A stretch of 49,274 bases of DNA from an uncultured archaeon (GCA_902384455.1 CABMCB010000053.1:1-49274); one strand, 5' to 3'. Counted from the first letter of the stretch, positions 1-10,373 are shown. The notes: generated by a model from the letters alone, not told the origin. Numbers and translations are program-made.

Positions 1-69
1 GGTTACGTATGTGCCGACGAAGCCGCTTCCGCCGGTTATTGTTACCTGTTTATTTGACCAGAATGCCAT
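1..69 (-). CDS. NAD(P)-dependent epimerase/dehydratase, N-terminal fragment (runs off window edge)
   Basis: Manual translation from ATG at 69: MAFWSNKQVTITGGSGFVGTYVT, with the TGGSGFVG Rossmann motif of extended SDRs. Confidence 0.75.
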   Translation of the reverse strand, partial: MAFWSNKQVTITGGSGFVGTYVT

Positions 70-166
70 TGCAGCTCGTCGTATTATGGGTGGGCGTTTA
101 AAATAAACGGTTTATGTTTGGGCGGCGAATAAAAGGGCGGGTTGTATATTCATAAGGTGCGAGGGG

Positions 167-772
167 TTGTATATGACTGAGGAAGAGGTGGTTGCGCGGG
201 AGAGTGTTTGGAGAAAGATTGCGCGTGTTGTCGCCCTTGTCGTGTATTATGGTTTTGTTTGGAAGATTCCTCGTTTTCCGGCTCCTGTGTTTGCCTGTAG
301 GGTTCGGGCGGCCGTTTGCCGCTTCATATTCAGTAAGTGCGGGGAAGATGTGTTTATTGAGAAAGGCGTGTTTTTTGGTTTCGGAAGCGGCATTGAAATT
401 GGTTCCCATTCGGCGCTTGGAGTCCGCGCTGAAGTTATGGGAGCGGGTAGATGCGGTGGGCGGCTGATAATTGGGGATTACGTCCAGATGGGGCCGGACA
501 TCGCTTTCCTAACCATTGAGCACACGCTTGAAGATTTCCCGTATAAGCCGGATACGCCGCATAGGGCATTGAAGATTGTCGTTGAGGATGAGGTTTTCAT
601 AGGTATGAGGGCGATTATTCTTCCGGGTGTTACCATAGGCAGGGGTGCGGTTGTTGGTGCGGGTGCTGTCGTCACTAAGGATGTTCCTCCTTATGCTGTT
701 GTCGGCGGCGTTCCGGCTCGGGTGATACGGATGAGGGACGCCGCGTCTCGCATACGGGAGAATTTAGTTTAG
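167..772 (+). CDS. Hexapeptide-repeat (LbH) sugar O-acetyltransferase; ATG at 173 is a likely start
   Basis: EVFIGMRAIILPGVTIGRGAVVGAGAVVTKDVPPYAVVGGVPARVI is a classic LbH acyltransferase C-terminus. Confidence 0.85.
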   Translation: MYMTEEEVVARESVWRKIARVVALVVYYGFVWKIPRFPAPVFACRVRAAVCRFIFSKCGEDVFIEKGVFFGFGSGIEIGSHSALGVRAEVMGAGRCGGRLIIGDYVQMGPDIAFLTIEHTLEDFPYKPDTPHRALKIVVEDEVFIGMRAIILPGVTIGRGAVVGAGAVVTKDVPPYAVVGGVPARVIRMRDAASRIRENLV

Positions 773-827
773 GCCGGCTTCTTTTGGCGTTTGTTTTTAG
801 GCGCTATTTATTTCGTGACGTGCTAGT

Positions 828-2894
828 ATGTCCGAAGGTGATGTTGTGTTAGGGTTGGTTTTGGGGATTAGTGTTTTGTCTTTTGTCTTCGCGGGTTTTT
901 TGGCTTATTCTGTGTTGAGGAAGGATTGCGGGACTAAGGAGATGCAGAAGGTTTCTGATGCGATACGCGAGGGAGCCAACGCGTTCATAGTTAGGCAGTA
1001 TACTACAATCGCCGTGTTTTCGGTTGTTTTGGGTGTTTTGATTTTCTGCGTCTACGCGTTTTTCGGTAAGTTTGATTTTGGGTTGAGGACTTCAGTCGCT
1101 TTTCTTTTTGGGGCGTTCTGCTCTGGTTTGGCGGGGGTGATTGGATTGTGGATTTCCGTGAGGACTAACGTGAGGGTGGCGTCTGCTTCCCGCAGGAGTC
1201 TTGACGAGGCATTGAAGATTGCGTTTAGGGGCGGGGCGGTTTCCGGCGTGCTTATCGTAGCCATGTCTTTGGCTGGCGTCGGAGTACTTTACTGGGTTTA
1301 TTCTGTTTCTTTGCCTGTGGCTGAAGTGCCTTTTTTGGTTGTGGGCTTTGGATTTGGGGCTTCTTTTGTTGCTTTGTTCGCTCAGTTGGGCGGAGGGATT
1401 TACACTAAGGGAGCTGATGTCGGCGCAGACTTGGTAGGCAAGGTTGAGAAGGGCATCCCCGAGGACGACCCCAGAAATCCTGCAGTCATAGCGGATTTAG
1501 TGGGGGATAATGTGGGAGACTGCGCAGGCCGCGGCGCCGACTTGTTTGAGTCTACCGCCGCCGAGAACATCGGCGCCATGATTCTGGGCGTCGCACTGTA
1601 TCCTTTCTTCGGTGTTTCAGGCGTATTGTTTCCTCTTGTTGCTCGGGCGTCTGGATTGATTGCTAGCATGATAGGGATTCTTTGCGTTTACAACAAGAAG
1701 GGCGAAGACCCGATGACCTCATTGAACCGCGGATATTACATTACCGCGTTCTTGGCCGCGTTGTTTTTTGCCGCCGCGACATACTGGATGCTGGGGGATT
1801 ACTGGTTTTGGTTTTTCATGGCCGGGTTGGTTGGGATAATCACTTCGGTTCTCATCGTCTGGATTACCGTGTATTATACCGAGCAGTCGTATAGGCCGGT
1901 TAAGTCTATTGCGAAGGCGTCTCAGACGGGGAGCGCCACCAACATTATGATTGGCTTTGCGGTGGCTCTTGAGACAACCGCTTTGCCGGTTGTAGTGTTG
2001 GCGGCAGCTTTGCTTTTGACTTACAACTTCGGCGTCAGATCTGGTGTGCCGGGAGGAGGCCTTTATGGGACGGCTATTGCGACTATGGGCATGTTGAGTA
2101 CTTGCGCCTTCGTTTTGGCTATGGACACTTTCGGGCCTATCACTGATAATGCAGGCGGCATAGTTCAGATGTCGGGTCAGAGCGAGAGTTACCGTAGGAT
2201 TACTGACCGGTTGGATGCCGTTGGCAATACGACTAAGGCTTTGACTAAGGGTTATGCTATTGGTTCGGCCGCTCTTGCTTCTTTCCTTTTGTTTTCGGCG
2301 TATCTTGATGAGGTCGCTAAGTATGCGGGTAGTGTGCCTGTGGTTGACTTGTCTCATGTGCCTGTTTTTGTTGGAGGCATGTTGGGTGCGATGCTTGTTT
2401 TCCTGTTTACTTCGTTCGCGATCAGGGCTGTGGGTCAGACGGCTTTTGAGGTAGTCAACGAGGTGAGGAGGCAGTTCAAGGAGATTAAGGGGCTGTCGGA
2501 GGGCAGGTCAAGGCCGGATTACGCCAGGTGCGTTGACATATGCGCTAGGACTTCTTTGAAGGAGATGGTTTTGCCGGGAGTTTTTGTTGTGGGGCTTACT
2601 GTGGCTGTGGGAGTTCTGCTTCATGCGGAGGCGATGGGCGCCTACTTGATGGTAAGCACTATTACGGGCATACTTATGGCGTTGATGCTGAATACCGGCG
2701 GCGGAGCGTGGGACAACGCCAAGAAGTACATTGAGGAGGGCAGTTTCGGCGGAAAAGGCAGCGAAGCGCATAAGGCGGCAGTAATAGGCGACACTTTAGG
2801 CGACCCGTTTAAGGATACTGCCGGGCCGTCTCTTCACGTTTTGATTAAGTTGTTGAGTACTTTGACTTTGGTTTTGGCGCCGCTGTTTGTTTGA
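828..2894 (+). CDS. hppA: Membrane-bound H+-translocating pyrophosphatase, K+-independent type
   Basis: GGGIYTKGADVGADLVGKVE, DNVGD, GDTLGDPFKDTAGP motifs; GNTTKA has the Lys that marks K+-independent enzymes. Confidence 0.95.
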   Translation: MSEGDVVLGLVLGISVLSFVFAGFLAYSVLRKDCGTKEMQKVSDAIREGANAFIVRQYTTIAVFSVVLGVLIFCVYAFFGKFDFGLRTSVAFLFGAFCSGLAGVIGLWISVRTNVRVASASRRSLDEALKIAFRGGAVSGVLIVAMSLAGVGVLYWVYSVSLPVAEVPFLVVGFGFGASFVALFAQLGGGIYTKGADVGADLVGKVEKGIPEDDPRNPAVIADLVGDNVGDCAGRGADLFESTAAENIGAMILGVALYPFFGVSGVLFPLVARASGLIASMIGILCVYNKKGEDPMTSLNRGYYITAFLAALFFAAATYWMLGDYWFWFFMAGLVGIITSVLIVWITVYYTEQSYRPVKSIAKASQTGSATNIMIGFAVALETTALPVVVLAAALLLTYNFGVRSGVPGGGLYGTAIATMGMLSTCAFVLAMDTFGPITDNAGGIVQMSGQSESYRRITDRLDAVGNTTKALTKGYAIGSAALASFLLFSAYLDEVAKYAGSVPVVDLSHVPVFVGGMLGAMLVFLFTSFAIRAVGQTAFEVVNEVRRQFKEIKGLSEGRSRPDYARCVDICARTSLKEMVLPGVFVVGLTVAVGVLLHAEAMGAYLMVSTITGILMALMLNTGGGAWDNAKKYIEEGSFGGKGSEAHKAAVIGDTLGDPFKDTAGPSLHVLIKLLSTLTLVLAPLFV

Positions 2895-2904
2895 TTTCTA
2901 GGGG

Positions 2905-3711
2905 TTATTTCGCGGCGTTCTTCAGTTTTTTTGTGTAGTCGGAGAGTTCTTCGGCGAGCTTCTTTTTGCTTTGGGAGTTTTTTTGGATTATTGCGACAAG
3001 TGCGCTTCCGACTATTGCGGCGTCCGCCCCTGATGCTATGACTTCTTTGACGTGCAGGGGTGTTGTGACGCCGAATCCGACTGCGACTGGAACTTTGGGT
3101 TTTGCCGCCTTTATTCTGCCTACGTACTCGGGGAGTTCTTTGTTTACTGCCTTTTTCTCGCCGGTTGTTCCCAGGTGGCTTACCGCGTATATGAATCCGC
3201 CTGCTTTTTGGACTACGGCCTTAAGGCGTTTGTCGGGTGTTGTTGGGGCGGTAAGCAGTATCAGGTTTCTCCCGTTTTTCCTTAGCGCCTTCATCAGAGG
3301 CTCCGCTTATTCAAGGGGTATGTCCGGGCAGATTAATCCGTCTATTCCCGCCGTCTTCATGTCTGACGCGAATTTTTCAAGCCCGCGCTTAAGGACGAGG
3401 TTGTAGTAAGTGAGGCAGACAAGCGGGGTCTTAGGGTGCTTCTCGTGAACCTTGGATACGAACTTGAAGTACCTGTCGGGGGTCATGCCCGCGTTCAAAG
3501 CCCTTTGTCCTGCCGCCTGAATCGTTGGTCCGTCCGCTACGGGGTCGGAAAAAGGCAGCCCCAGCTCAAGCACGTCCGCGCCGCCTTCTATTACCGCAGA
3601 CGCCGCAATCAAGCTTTTGCTTTCATCGGGGTCGCCGGCGATTATGAATGCGATTAAACCGCCCTCACTCTTCTTTTTCAGCGCAATAAGCGTTTTGGTG
3701 AGACTGCTCAC
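2905..3711 (-). pseudogene. trpA: Tryptophan synthase alpha chain interrupted by one in-frame TAA at 3307-3309 (nonsense allele or sequencing error)
   Basis: ELGLPFSDPVADGPTIQ in the 5' half and VGFGV...GADAAIVGSALV in the 3' half, in the same frame; junction reads PDIPLE*AEPLMKAL. Confidence 0.85.
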
Positions 3712-4883
3712 AGTTTCACCCCCAACGCGTCCGCAACAACATGAACATCCTTGTCCCCCCTGCCAGACAAGTTTATTACGACGACCTCATCCCGGCCCAT
3801 CTTAGACGCGACTTTCACCGCATGAGCGACCGCATGAGCGCTCTCAAGCGCCGGCAAAATGCCTTCAGTCCGACACAACAACGTCACCGCCTCAACCGCC
3901 TCCCTATCGGTAATCGAGGCCTCAGTGAGACGGCCACATTCATGCAGGTTGGCAAGCTGAGGGCCTACTCCAGGGTAGTCTAGTCCTGCGCTTATGCTGT
4001 GGCTTTCCTTTATCTGGCCGTATTTGTCTTGTATTACGCGGGTGAACATTCCGTGGAGCACTCCGTCCGTTCCTTTGGCAAGTGTTGCTCCGTGCTTTCC
4101 TGTGGCTATTCCTTTGCCTGCGGCTTCCACTCCTATTAGCCTGACTTTTTTGTTTGGAATGAACTCGTAGAACGCGCCCATCGCATTGCTCCCTCCGCCC
4201 ACGCACGCTACCACCGCGTCAGGCAGGCCGCCGAATCGCTCATTGCACTGCCTCTTGATTTCACGGCCGATTACGCTCTGGAAATCGCACACCATAGTGG
4301 GATAAGGATGCGGCCCCATCACGCTGCCGATGACGTAGTGAGTAGTCTTGACGGTTGAAATCCAGTCGCGAAAGGCCTCGTTGATTGCGTCCTTCAACGT
4401 CTTGCTTCCGGACTCCACTGCGTGCACGCGGGCGCCCATCAATTCCATCCTGAAAACGTTTAGGCGCTGGCGCTTCACGTCTTCTGAGCCCATGTACACT
4501 TCGCATTCTAATCCTAGAGCAGCAGCCGCGATGGCGGTTGCGACCCCGTGCTGGCCGGCGCCCGTCTCAGCGATGACCCTTGACTTGCCCATCTGCTTTG
4601 CAAGAAGAACCTGCGCCAAAGTGTTGTTTATTTTATGCGCGCCCCCGTGAAGCAAATCCTCGCGCTTCAAGAGAATACGGGCGCCGCCCGCTTTCTTCGT
4701 AAGCGCCGGAGCGTCAGTCAAAGGAGTAGGACGCCCTGCGAACTGCGCAAGCAACCTGTCAAGTTCCCTGCGGAACCCCGCCGACTTCCCAATCGAACCA
4801 TACGCTTCCTCAAGCTCAAATAAAGCAGGCATCAAAGTTTCAGGGCTGAACCGTCCGCCGTACTTTCCGTAGCGCTTAGGCAT
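3708..4883 (-). CDS. trpB: Tryptophan synthase beta chain (TrpB1)
   Basis: [16 protein letters not shown] (PLP lysine), [31 protein letters not shown]. Confidence 0.98.
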   Translation of the reverse strand: MPKRYGKYGGRFSPETLMPALFELEEAYGSIGKSAGFRRELDRLLAQFAGRPTPLTDAPALTKKAGGARILLKREDLLHGGAHKINNTLAQVLLAKQMGKSRVIAETGAGQHGVATAIAAAALGLECEVYMGSEDVKRQRLNVFRMELMGARVHAVESGSKTLKDAINEAFRDWISTVKTTHYVIGSVMGPHPYPTMVCDFQSVIGREIKRQCNERFGGLPDAVVACVGGGSNAMGAFYEFIPNKKVRLIGVEAAGKGIATGKHGATLAKGTDGVLHGMFTRVIQDKYGQIKESHSISAGLDYPGVGPQLANLHECGRLTEASITDREAVEAVTLLCRTEGILPALESAHAVAHAVKVASKMGRDEVVVINLSGRGDKDVHVVADALGVKL

Positions 4884-5505
4884 CGTTTAAGGCCTCCATG
4901 AAATTGCGTATTAACAATCGGTCTTTAACTCCTGGCGCGGATTCTAGCCCGCTTGAAGCATCGACAGCATAAGGCCTTACTGCGCGGACTGCTGCGGCTA
5001 CGTTTGTGGGCTTCAGTCCTCCTGCGAGTATTACCGGTATTTTGACGTTTTGAACTACTTTGCGGCTTATGCTCCAGTCGTGGGGTTCGCCTGTTCCGCC
5101 CCGCCCGGAATCCAGGAGTATTGCGTCCGCGCAACTTGCGTATTGCGCCGCCTTAAGCAAAGTGTCTTCGCCCACCACAGGCACAGACTTTATGACCCTG
5201 AAACCCTTCGACTTCAGTCCGGCGATTAATTCAACCGGCTCGTCTCCTGCAAGCTGCAGAGTGTGCGCGCCGGATTCCTGCGCTATTCTCGACGCCACCT
5301 CGACCGAGTCAGGCATTATAACCGCCACCGCTTCCACGAACGGCGGCAGATTCTTGAATATGATGTGGGCCTTTGACGCAGAAACCTTCCTGGGCGTATC
5401 AACAGGCACGTCTATTACGCACCCTATCGCGGAGGCTCCCGCCTCCACCGCAACCTGCGCGTCAGAATTCCTCGTCACACCGCAAATCTTAGCTCTAACA
5501 GTCAT
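4876..5505 (-). CDS. trpF: Phosphoribosylanthranilate isomerase
   Basis: [41 protein letters not shown]. Confidence 0.95.
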   Translation of the reverse strand: MTVRAKICGVTRNSDAQVAVEAGASAIGCVIDVPVDTPRKVSASKAHIIFKNLPPFVEAVAVIMPDSVEVASRIAQESGAHTLQLAGDEPVELIAGLKSKGFRVIKSVPVVGEDTLLKAAQYASCADAILLDSGRGGTGEPHDWSISRKVVQNVKIPVILAGGLKPTNVAAAVRAVRPYAVDASSGLESAPGVKDRLLIRNFMEALNDA

Positions 5506-6278
5506 GGCGCCGCAGTAACAATGCTCCTGACTGCCTGCGCAGGGTCAGGCGAATCCATGAAATGATTGCCCACAAGAAGCCCGTACGCCCCCTCTTTCAT
5601 AAGCCGGCGAGCATCCTCCGGACCAGACACCCCAGACAAAGCCAGCACCTTAGACCTAGGCGGAAACAACTTCTTCACCGCAGAAAAAACATTAGGATTA
5701 ATCTGCAACGTAGACAAATCCCTGCTGTTAACCCCAAAAAGAGGACTACCAGAATCAACCACCGCATTAATTTTATCCGAAGAATTAAACGTAGCATCCA
5801 CCTCCACAATCGGAGTGAGATTCAGCTTAAACGCCTCCTGAACAAGAAACTTAATTTCATGCGGCCTCAAAATCCGAGCCATAATCAACACCGCATCCGC
5901 GCCGTAAGCGGCCGCCTCATACAGCTGGAACTCGTCCAAAATGAAGTCCTTGCGCATCACAGGCACAGGCACGGAAGACTTGATGTCAGACAACAAAGAC
6001 AGGCGGCCTTGGAAATAGCGCGGCTCGGTCAAGACGCTTATTGCTGCTGCTCCGCCTCTCACGCACGCCGACACGTAGGGTATGCTTGCGGTCGTCCTCC
6101 TTGCTTTCCCGGGCGAAGCCGGCTTGTATTCGGCTATCACCGGATTCAGGTTTCTCCTGCGGACGCTCTCTAAGGCGGCAGTCAGATTTCTTTTTTCTTT
6201 AGCGCCTCTCACGCGCTCCCGGGTTGACGCCACAACGTCGTCGAGGAAGGACATATTCAGTTGAAACGGGAATTTCAC
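5502..6278 (-). CDS. trpC: Indole-3-glycerol phosphate synthase (start GTG 6278 or ATG 6254)
   Basis: IAEYKPASP, ISVLTEPRYFQG, MRKDFILDEFQ, GVNSRDL; operon position. Confidence 0.92.
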   Translation of the reverse strand: MKFPFQLNMSFLDDVVASTRERVRGAKEKRNLTAALESVRRRNLNPVIAEYKPASPGKARRTTASIPYVSACVRGGAAAISVLTEPRYFQGRLSLLSDIKSSVPVPVMRKDFILDEFQLYEAAAYGADAVLIMARILRPHEIKFLVQEAFKLNLTPIVEVDATFNSSDKINAVVDSGSPLFGVNSRDLSTLQINPNVFSAVKKLFPPRSKVLALSGVSGPEDARRLMKEGAYGLLVGNHFMDSPDPAQAVRSIVTAAP

Positions 6279-7696
6279 CGGCTTGCTTTAGCCGACTTGA
6301 ATCGTTTGTTGAACTCTATGTACTCGTTGAGCTTCTCAAGCGCCTTCCCATCAGAAAGGACATTCCGCGCCTTAGTCACTCCGTCGGCAAGATACTTTGC
6401 CTTCCCGCCGGCAACAATCGCAGCCGCAGCATTAAGCAGGACTACATCTCTTCTTACGCCAGTGTCTTCGCCCGAGAGTATGCCCCTCAGAATTTGAGCG
6501 TTCTCCTGCGGATTCCCTCCCGCAAGGTCCTGTATGTTAGCCCTCTTCAGTCCGAAACCGTCCGGCTGGATGGAATAAGTGCGTATGACACCTTCCGCCA
6601 AATCCGCCACCTTAGTTTCCCCGCACGTGCTGAACTCGTCAAGACCCGGCTCACCATAGACGACGAAAGCCCGCTGCACATGCAGCATCTTAAGGACTTC
6701 AGAAACAGGCCTCAAAAGCTGCGGCTCATAGACGCCGATGACGTGAGCCTGAGCGCCGGCAGGATTCGACAGGGGACCCAGTATGTTGAACAGAGTTTTC
6801 ACCCCCAGACTTTTGCGCGCGGGCATGACATGCTTCATTGCGGTGTGGTAGGCCGGAGCAAAAATAAACCCAAGACCCACGTACCTGATGCTGTCTTCAA
6901 CCTGCTCAGGAGGCATGTCGATGGGCACGCCCAACGCCTCCAAAACGTCTGCGCTCCCGCTTCTGCTGCTTACTCCGCGGTTCCCGTGCTTAGCTATGGG
7001 AACTCCGGCGGCAGCCGCAATAAACATGCTCGTAGTCGAAATGTTGAACGTCCCAGCGTTGTCTCCGCCAGTCCCGCAAACATCCACAAGAACATCATTA
7101 ACCACCGGCTTGACGCTAACCGCATTATCACGCATGAAAGAAGCCGACGCAGCAATCTCCTCAGGAGTCGGACCCTTAACCGAAAGAGCCATCAAATAAC
7201 CCGCAATCTCAGCGTCCGACGCCCTACCGCTCATAATCTGAGCCATAGCCGCCTGCGCCTCAGCATAAGTCAAATCATACCTGCGCGACAAACGCTCCAA
7301 ATAAGGCTTAAGCACATGAGAATGAACCTTCACAGGCAAAACATCAGAAGAAGGAACAACCTGCGAACCAGAAGAAACATCCGGCAAAACAACCCCGCCA
7401 ACAGAAGAAACATCCTGCGCAACAACCTTCCTAGGACGACCCCTACGCCGAACACCCAACAAACCCACAACCTCAACCTTACGCGGCCTACCAACACGGC
7501 GAACCCCGCGATCTACAGAGCCCACCCTGCGTGCGACAGACTTAGGCGGCCTTCCCCTGCGTTTTTGCGTGCTGTTTGTTTTGCGTGTGGGTTTGCTGGT
7601 TTTTTTCAGCGCGTGTTTTTTTCTGGCCGCTTTTGGTTTGGATTCTTTTTTTGCGCGGTTTTTTCCTTTTGTTTGGCGTGTTTTTCGTTTCTTCAT
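6275..7696 (-). CDS. trpD: Anthranilate phosphoribosyltransferase with ~127-aa basic N-terminal extension
   Basis: DVCGTGGD, FNIST, KHGNRGVSSRSGSADVLEALG, NILGPLSNP, GLDE; ATG overlaps the trpG stop (ATGA). Confidence 0.95.
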   Translation of the reverse strand: MKKRKTRQTKGKNRAKKESKPKAARKKHALKKTSKPTRKTNSTQKRRGRPPKSVARRVGSVDRGVRRVGRPRKVEVVGLLGVRRRGRPRKVVAQDVSSVGGVVLPDVSSGSQVVPSSDVLPVKVHSHVLKPYLERLSRRYDLTYAEAQAAMAQIMSGRASDAEIAGYLMALSVKGPTPEEIAASASFMRDNAVSVKPVVNDVLVDVCGTGGDNAGTFNISTTSMFIAAAAGVPIAKHGNRGVSSRSGSADVLEALGVPIDMPPEQVEDSIRYVGLGFIFAPAYHTAMKHVMPARKSLGVKTLFNILGPLSNPAGAQAHVIGVYEPQLLRPVSEVLKMLHVQRAFVVYGEPGLDEFSTCGETKVADLAEGVIRTYSIQPDGFGLKRANIQDLAGGNPQENAQILRGILSGEDTGVRRDVVLLNAAAAIVAGGKAKYLADGVTKARNVLSDGKALEKLNEYIEFNKRFKSAKASR

Positions 7697-8286
7697 TTTT
7701 TGATTGCGAGGAAGTTTTGTATTATCCGCATGCCTTGCGGCGTCAGTATGCTTTCCGGGTGGAATTGCACTCCATATATAGGATAGTCTTTGTGGCTTAA
7801 ACCCATTATCTCATTGTCGTCTCTGCTTGTGGCGGTTACTTTAAGGCACTTTGGTAGGTTTTTTTGGTCTACTACGAGGCTGTGATAGCGGGTTGCGGTG
7901 AGCGGTGTTGGTATTCCTGCGAGCACTCCTTTTTGGTCGTGGTCTATGAGGCTTGTTTTTCCGTGCTTAAGCGTGTGAGCGCGTCGGATTTTGCCTCCGT
8001 ACACGTAGCCGATGCACTGGTGGCCTAAGCATACGCCTAAAGTGGGTATTTCAGGGCCCAATTTTTTTATGACCTCGTTGCTTAAGCCTGCGTCCTGAGG
8101 CGCTTTGGGGCCGGGACTTATTACTATGTGGGTTACGTCATGGGTTGCGAGCAATTCTTCCACGGCCTTGTAGGGTTGGGTGTTTTCTATCACCAGGGGG
8201 TTTCCTTTCTGCACTCCCACGTATTGAACTAGGTTGTAGACGAAGCTGTCTATGTTGTCTATGAACAATGTTGTTTGCTTTTTCAT
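7693..8286 (-). CDS. trpG: Anthranilate synthase component II (glutamine amidotransferase)
   Basis: IDNIDSFVYNL, ISPGP, LGVCLGHQ, TRYHSL, GVQFHPES. Confidence 0.96.
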   Translation of the reverse strand: MKKQTTLFIDNIDSFVYNLVQYVGVQKGNPLVIENTQPYKAVEELLATHDVTHIVISPGPKAPQDAGLSNEVIKKLGPEIPTLGVCLGHQCIGYVYGGKIRRAHTLKHGKTSLIDHDQKGVLAGIPTPLTATRYHSLVVDQKNLPKCLKVTATSRDDNEIMGLSHKDYPIYGVQFHPESILTPQGMRIIQNFLAIKK

Positions 8287-9707
8287 TGTCTGTTGTTTAC
8301 GGCGGCAAGAAGTGCCCCCGCCTTGTTGAGCGTTTCTTCAAATTCCCTTCTTGGGTCGCTGTCGGCCACTATTCCCGCGCCTGCCTGAACAGTCGCCTTT
8401 CCGTTTTCTATCACCACTGTGCGGATTGTTATGGCGGTGTCTATGTTTCCGTCTGCGCTCAGGTATCCTACGGCTCCCGCGTATATTCCCCGCCTTGTGG
8501 GTTCAAGTTCTTCTATGATTTCCATCGCCCTTACCTTGGGCGCTCCGCTCACGGTGCCCGCAGGGAAAATGCTTTGAAGGGCGTCAATTGAGTCTTTACC
8601 TTCTGCAAGCGTCCCTTCGACCTCGCTGACTATGTGCTGAACGTGACTGTATTTTTCAGGCCGCATGAACTTGGTGACTTCGACGCTCCCGTAATCGCAT
8701 ACTCTGCCCAAGTCGTTTCTGCCCAAATCCACGAGCATAACGTGTTCTGCGCACTCCTTCTCGTCGGACAGCATCTCGCGCTCAAGGAGCGCGTCTTCCT
8801 GGCGGGTTTTGCCGCGAGGCCTAGTTCCGGCGATTGGGTAAGTTAGGGCTTTTTTGCCTTCGACCCGCACGAGCATTTCGGGGCTTGCTCCGATTACTTG
8901 GCGGTCGCCGAAGTCAAGAAAGTACATGTAGGGGCTGGGGTTATGCTGCTTTAGGTGGTGGTACACGCGCAGTTGGTCGCCCGAATATTCGGTCGTGAGT
9001 CTTTGGGATAATACTGCCTGAAATATGTCTCCCGCCTTTATGTATTGCTTTGCCTGCCTTACTGACTCCTCGTATTCATGGCGGGTCACGTTTGATTGAG
9101 CCTCGGGTTGCTCTAATGAATTTTCCTGCGATGGGATGCCGGGCAGCTTAGACAGTCTTGATGCTATTTCCATGAGCCGACCGCGGATTTCTTCCTCGTC
9201 GATTTCACGCGGGTCTCCGAAGTGGTTCTCGGTGATATATGCGACCTGCTTTTTGTGGTCGTAAATGATGTTGTTTTTTGCCAGAAGAAAATGGGCGTCA
9301 GGATGATTTAAGTCGTCTTTAGCGCGATTAGGCAGATTGACGTGGTAGCGGACTAAGTCGTAGGCCAAGTATCCGGTGAGGCCGCCTGTGAATCGTGCCA
9401 GAGGTGAGCCGCCTAGTTTGAGGCTTTTTGTTATTGAGCGCAGGGCTTGTAGGGGTTCGCCGGGTATTTTTATGTTTTTGAGTGAGGGCTCTTTTGTCGT
9501 GTATTGCGCCTTTCCGTCTTTGATTTTCAGTTCGGCTGTTGGATTGAATCCTATGAAGCTGTAGCGGGCCATTTTCTCCCCTCCGTCGCTTGATTCCAAG
9601 AGGTATGTTCCGGGTTTTTTCAAAATGGCGTATGCTGCTTCCGGCGGATGTATGGCCACTGTTATGTGGATGGGTGTGATGGTAGTTGCTTCTTTTTTTG
9701 TTTTCAT
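8283..9707 (-). CDS. trpE: Anthranilate synthase component I
   Basis: LLES (Trp feedback site), [38 protein letters not shown]. Confidence 0.96.
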   Translation of the reverse strand: MKTKKEATTITPIHITVAIHPPEAAYAILKKPGTYLLESSDGGEKMARYSFIGFNPTAELKIKDGKAQYTTKEPSLKNIKIPGEPLQALRSITKSLKLGGSPLARFTGGLTGYLAYDLVRYHVNLPNRAKDDLNHPDAHFLLAKNNIIYDHKKQVAYITENHFGDPREIDEEEIRGRLMEIASRLSKLPGIPSQENSLEQPEAQSNVTRHEYEESVRQAKQYIKAGDIFQAVLSQRLTTEYSGDQLRVYHHLKQHNPSPYMYFLDFGDRQVIGASPEMLVRVEGKKALTYPIAGTRPRGKTRQEDALLEREMLSDEKECAEHVMLVDLGRNDLGRVCDYGSVEVTKFMRPEKYSHVQHIVSEVEGTLAEGKDSIDALQSIFPAGTVSGAPKVRAMEIIEELEPTRRGIYAGAVGYLSADGNIDTAITIRTVVIENGKATVQAGAGIVADSDPRREFEETLNKAGALLAAVNNRQ

Positions 9708-9756
9708 CTTGGAGTGCGTTCTTTGCCAAGTATAGGATTACACTAACTAAGAATCA

Positions 9757-9792
9757 TGTATATAAAAATACATTTATGTACAGTTTTATACA
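9757..9792. promoter_or_regulatory. Four TRP-box-like hexamers overlapping the predicted trpE TATA box (putative TrpY operator)
   Basis: TGTATA 9757, AATACA 9767, TGTACA 9777, TATACA 9787, each 4 bp apart; minus-strand TTTATATA at about 9759-9766. Confidence 0.75.
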
Positions 9793-9796
9793 TAAA

Positions 9797-10294
9797 TTAT
9801 GCTAAAACAACGACTTCCTTAACGCCCTCAACCTTAAGCACAACATCAATCAAATCTCTTGGCACAGGCTTAGACGTAACAATCAAAAGACGAGCATCAG
9901 TAAACATCGGGTCATCAGCAATAACCTGACGAACAGAAATCCCGGCGTCAGCCACAATACGAGTCACCCCCGCAATAATGCCGGACGCAGAAGCGTCCTT
10001 AGGCACAATCTCAAGAGCCCCATAACCCAAAGCCCCCGCAGCATCCCTCAACAAAGGAGTCGTCGAAATACGAGTAAAAATATCCACCAAAAGAGGCTTC
10101 TTAAGAATCTCCTCAACAGCACCCACAACAACACGCCTATCAACGCCAACCACAGCACCAACCTTCGCATAAGCAAGCTCAACACCACCAGCAAAAAGAC
10201 CGCCATCCGCAGAAACACGTATACCATGACGCAACAAGAACTCGGCCACCTTCAACTGGCCTTTTTTACCGCCAAATTCGCCTTCTAAGTCCAT
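9797..10294 (-). CDS. trpY: TrpY-like regulator of amino acid metabolism (HTH plus ACT domain)
   Basis: VAEFLLRHGIRV...VGVDRRVV N-terminus and GIIAGVTRIVADAGISVRQVIADDP ACT domain; directly upstream of trpE. Confidence 0.8.
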   Translation of the reverse strand: MDLEGEFGGKKGQLKVAEFLLRHGIRVSADGGLFAGGVELAYAKVGAVVGVDRRVVVGAVEEILKKPLLVDIFTRISTTPLLRDAAGALGYGALEIVPKDASASGIIAGVTRIVADAGISVRQVIADDPMFTDARLLIVTSKPVPRDLIDVVLKVEGVKEVVVLA

Positions 10295-10373
10295 AACTCA
10301 GCATTTAATATAAAGACTATAAAAGTAGCTATAACACTAAAGAGCCGCAAAAAAAAACTCTGGGTGACTTAAC

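Noticed and set aside
6224-7786. 520-aa plus-strand ORF
   Set aside because: Antisense shadow of trpD with no motifs; stop codons are depleted by the compositional skew
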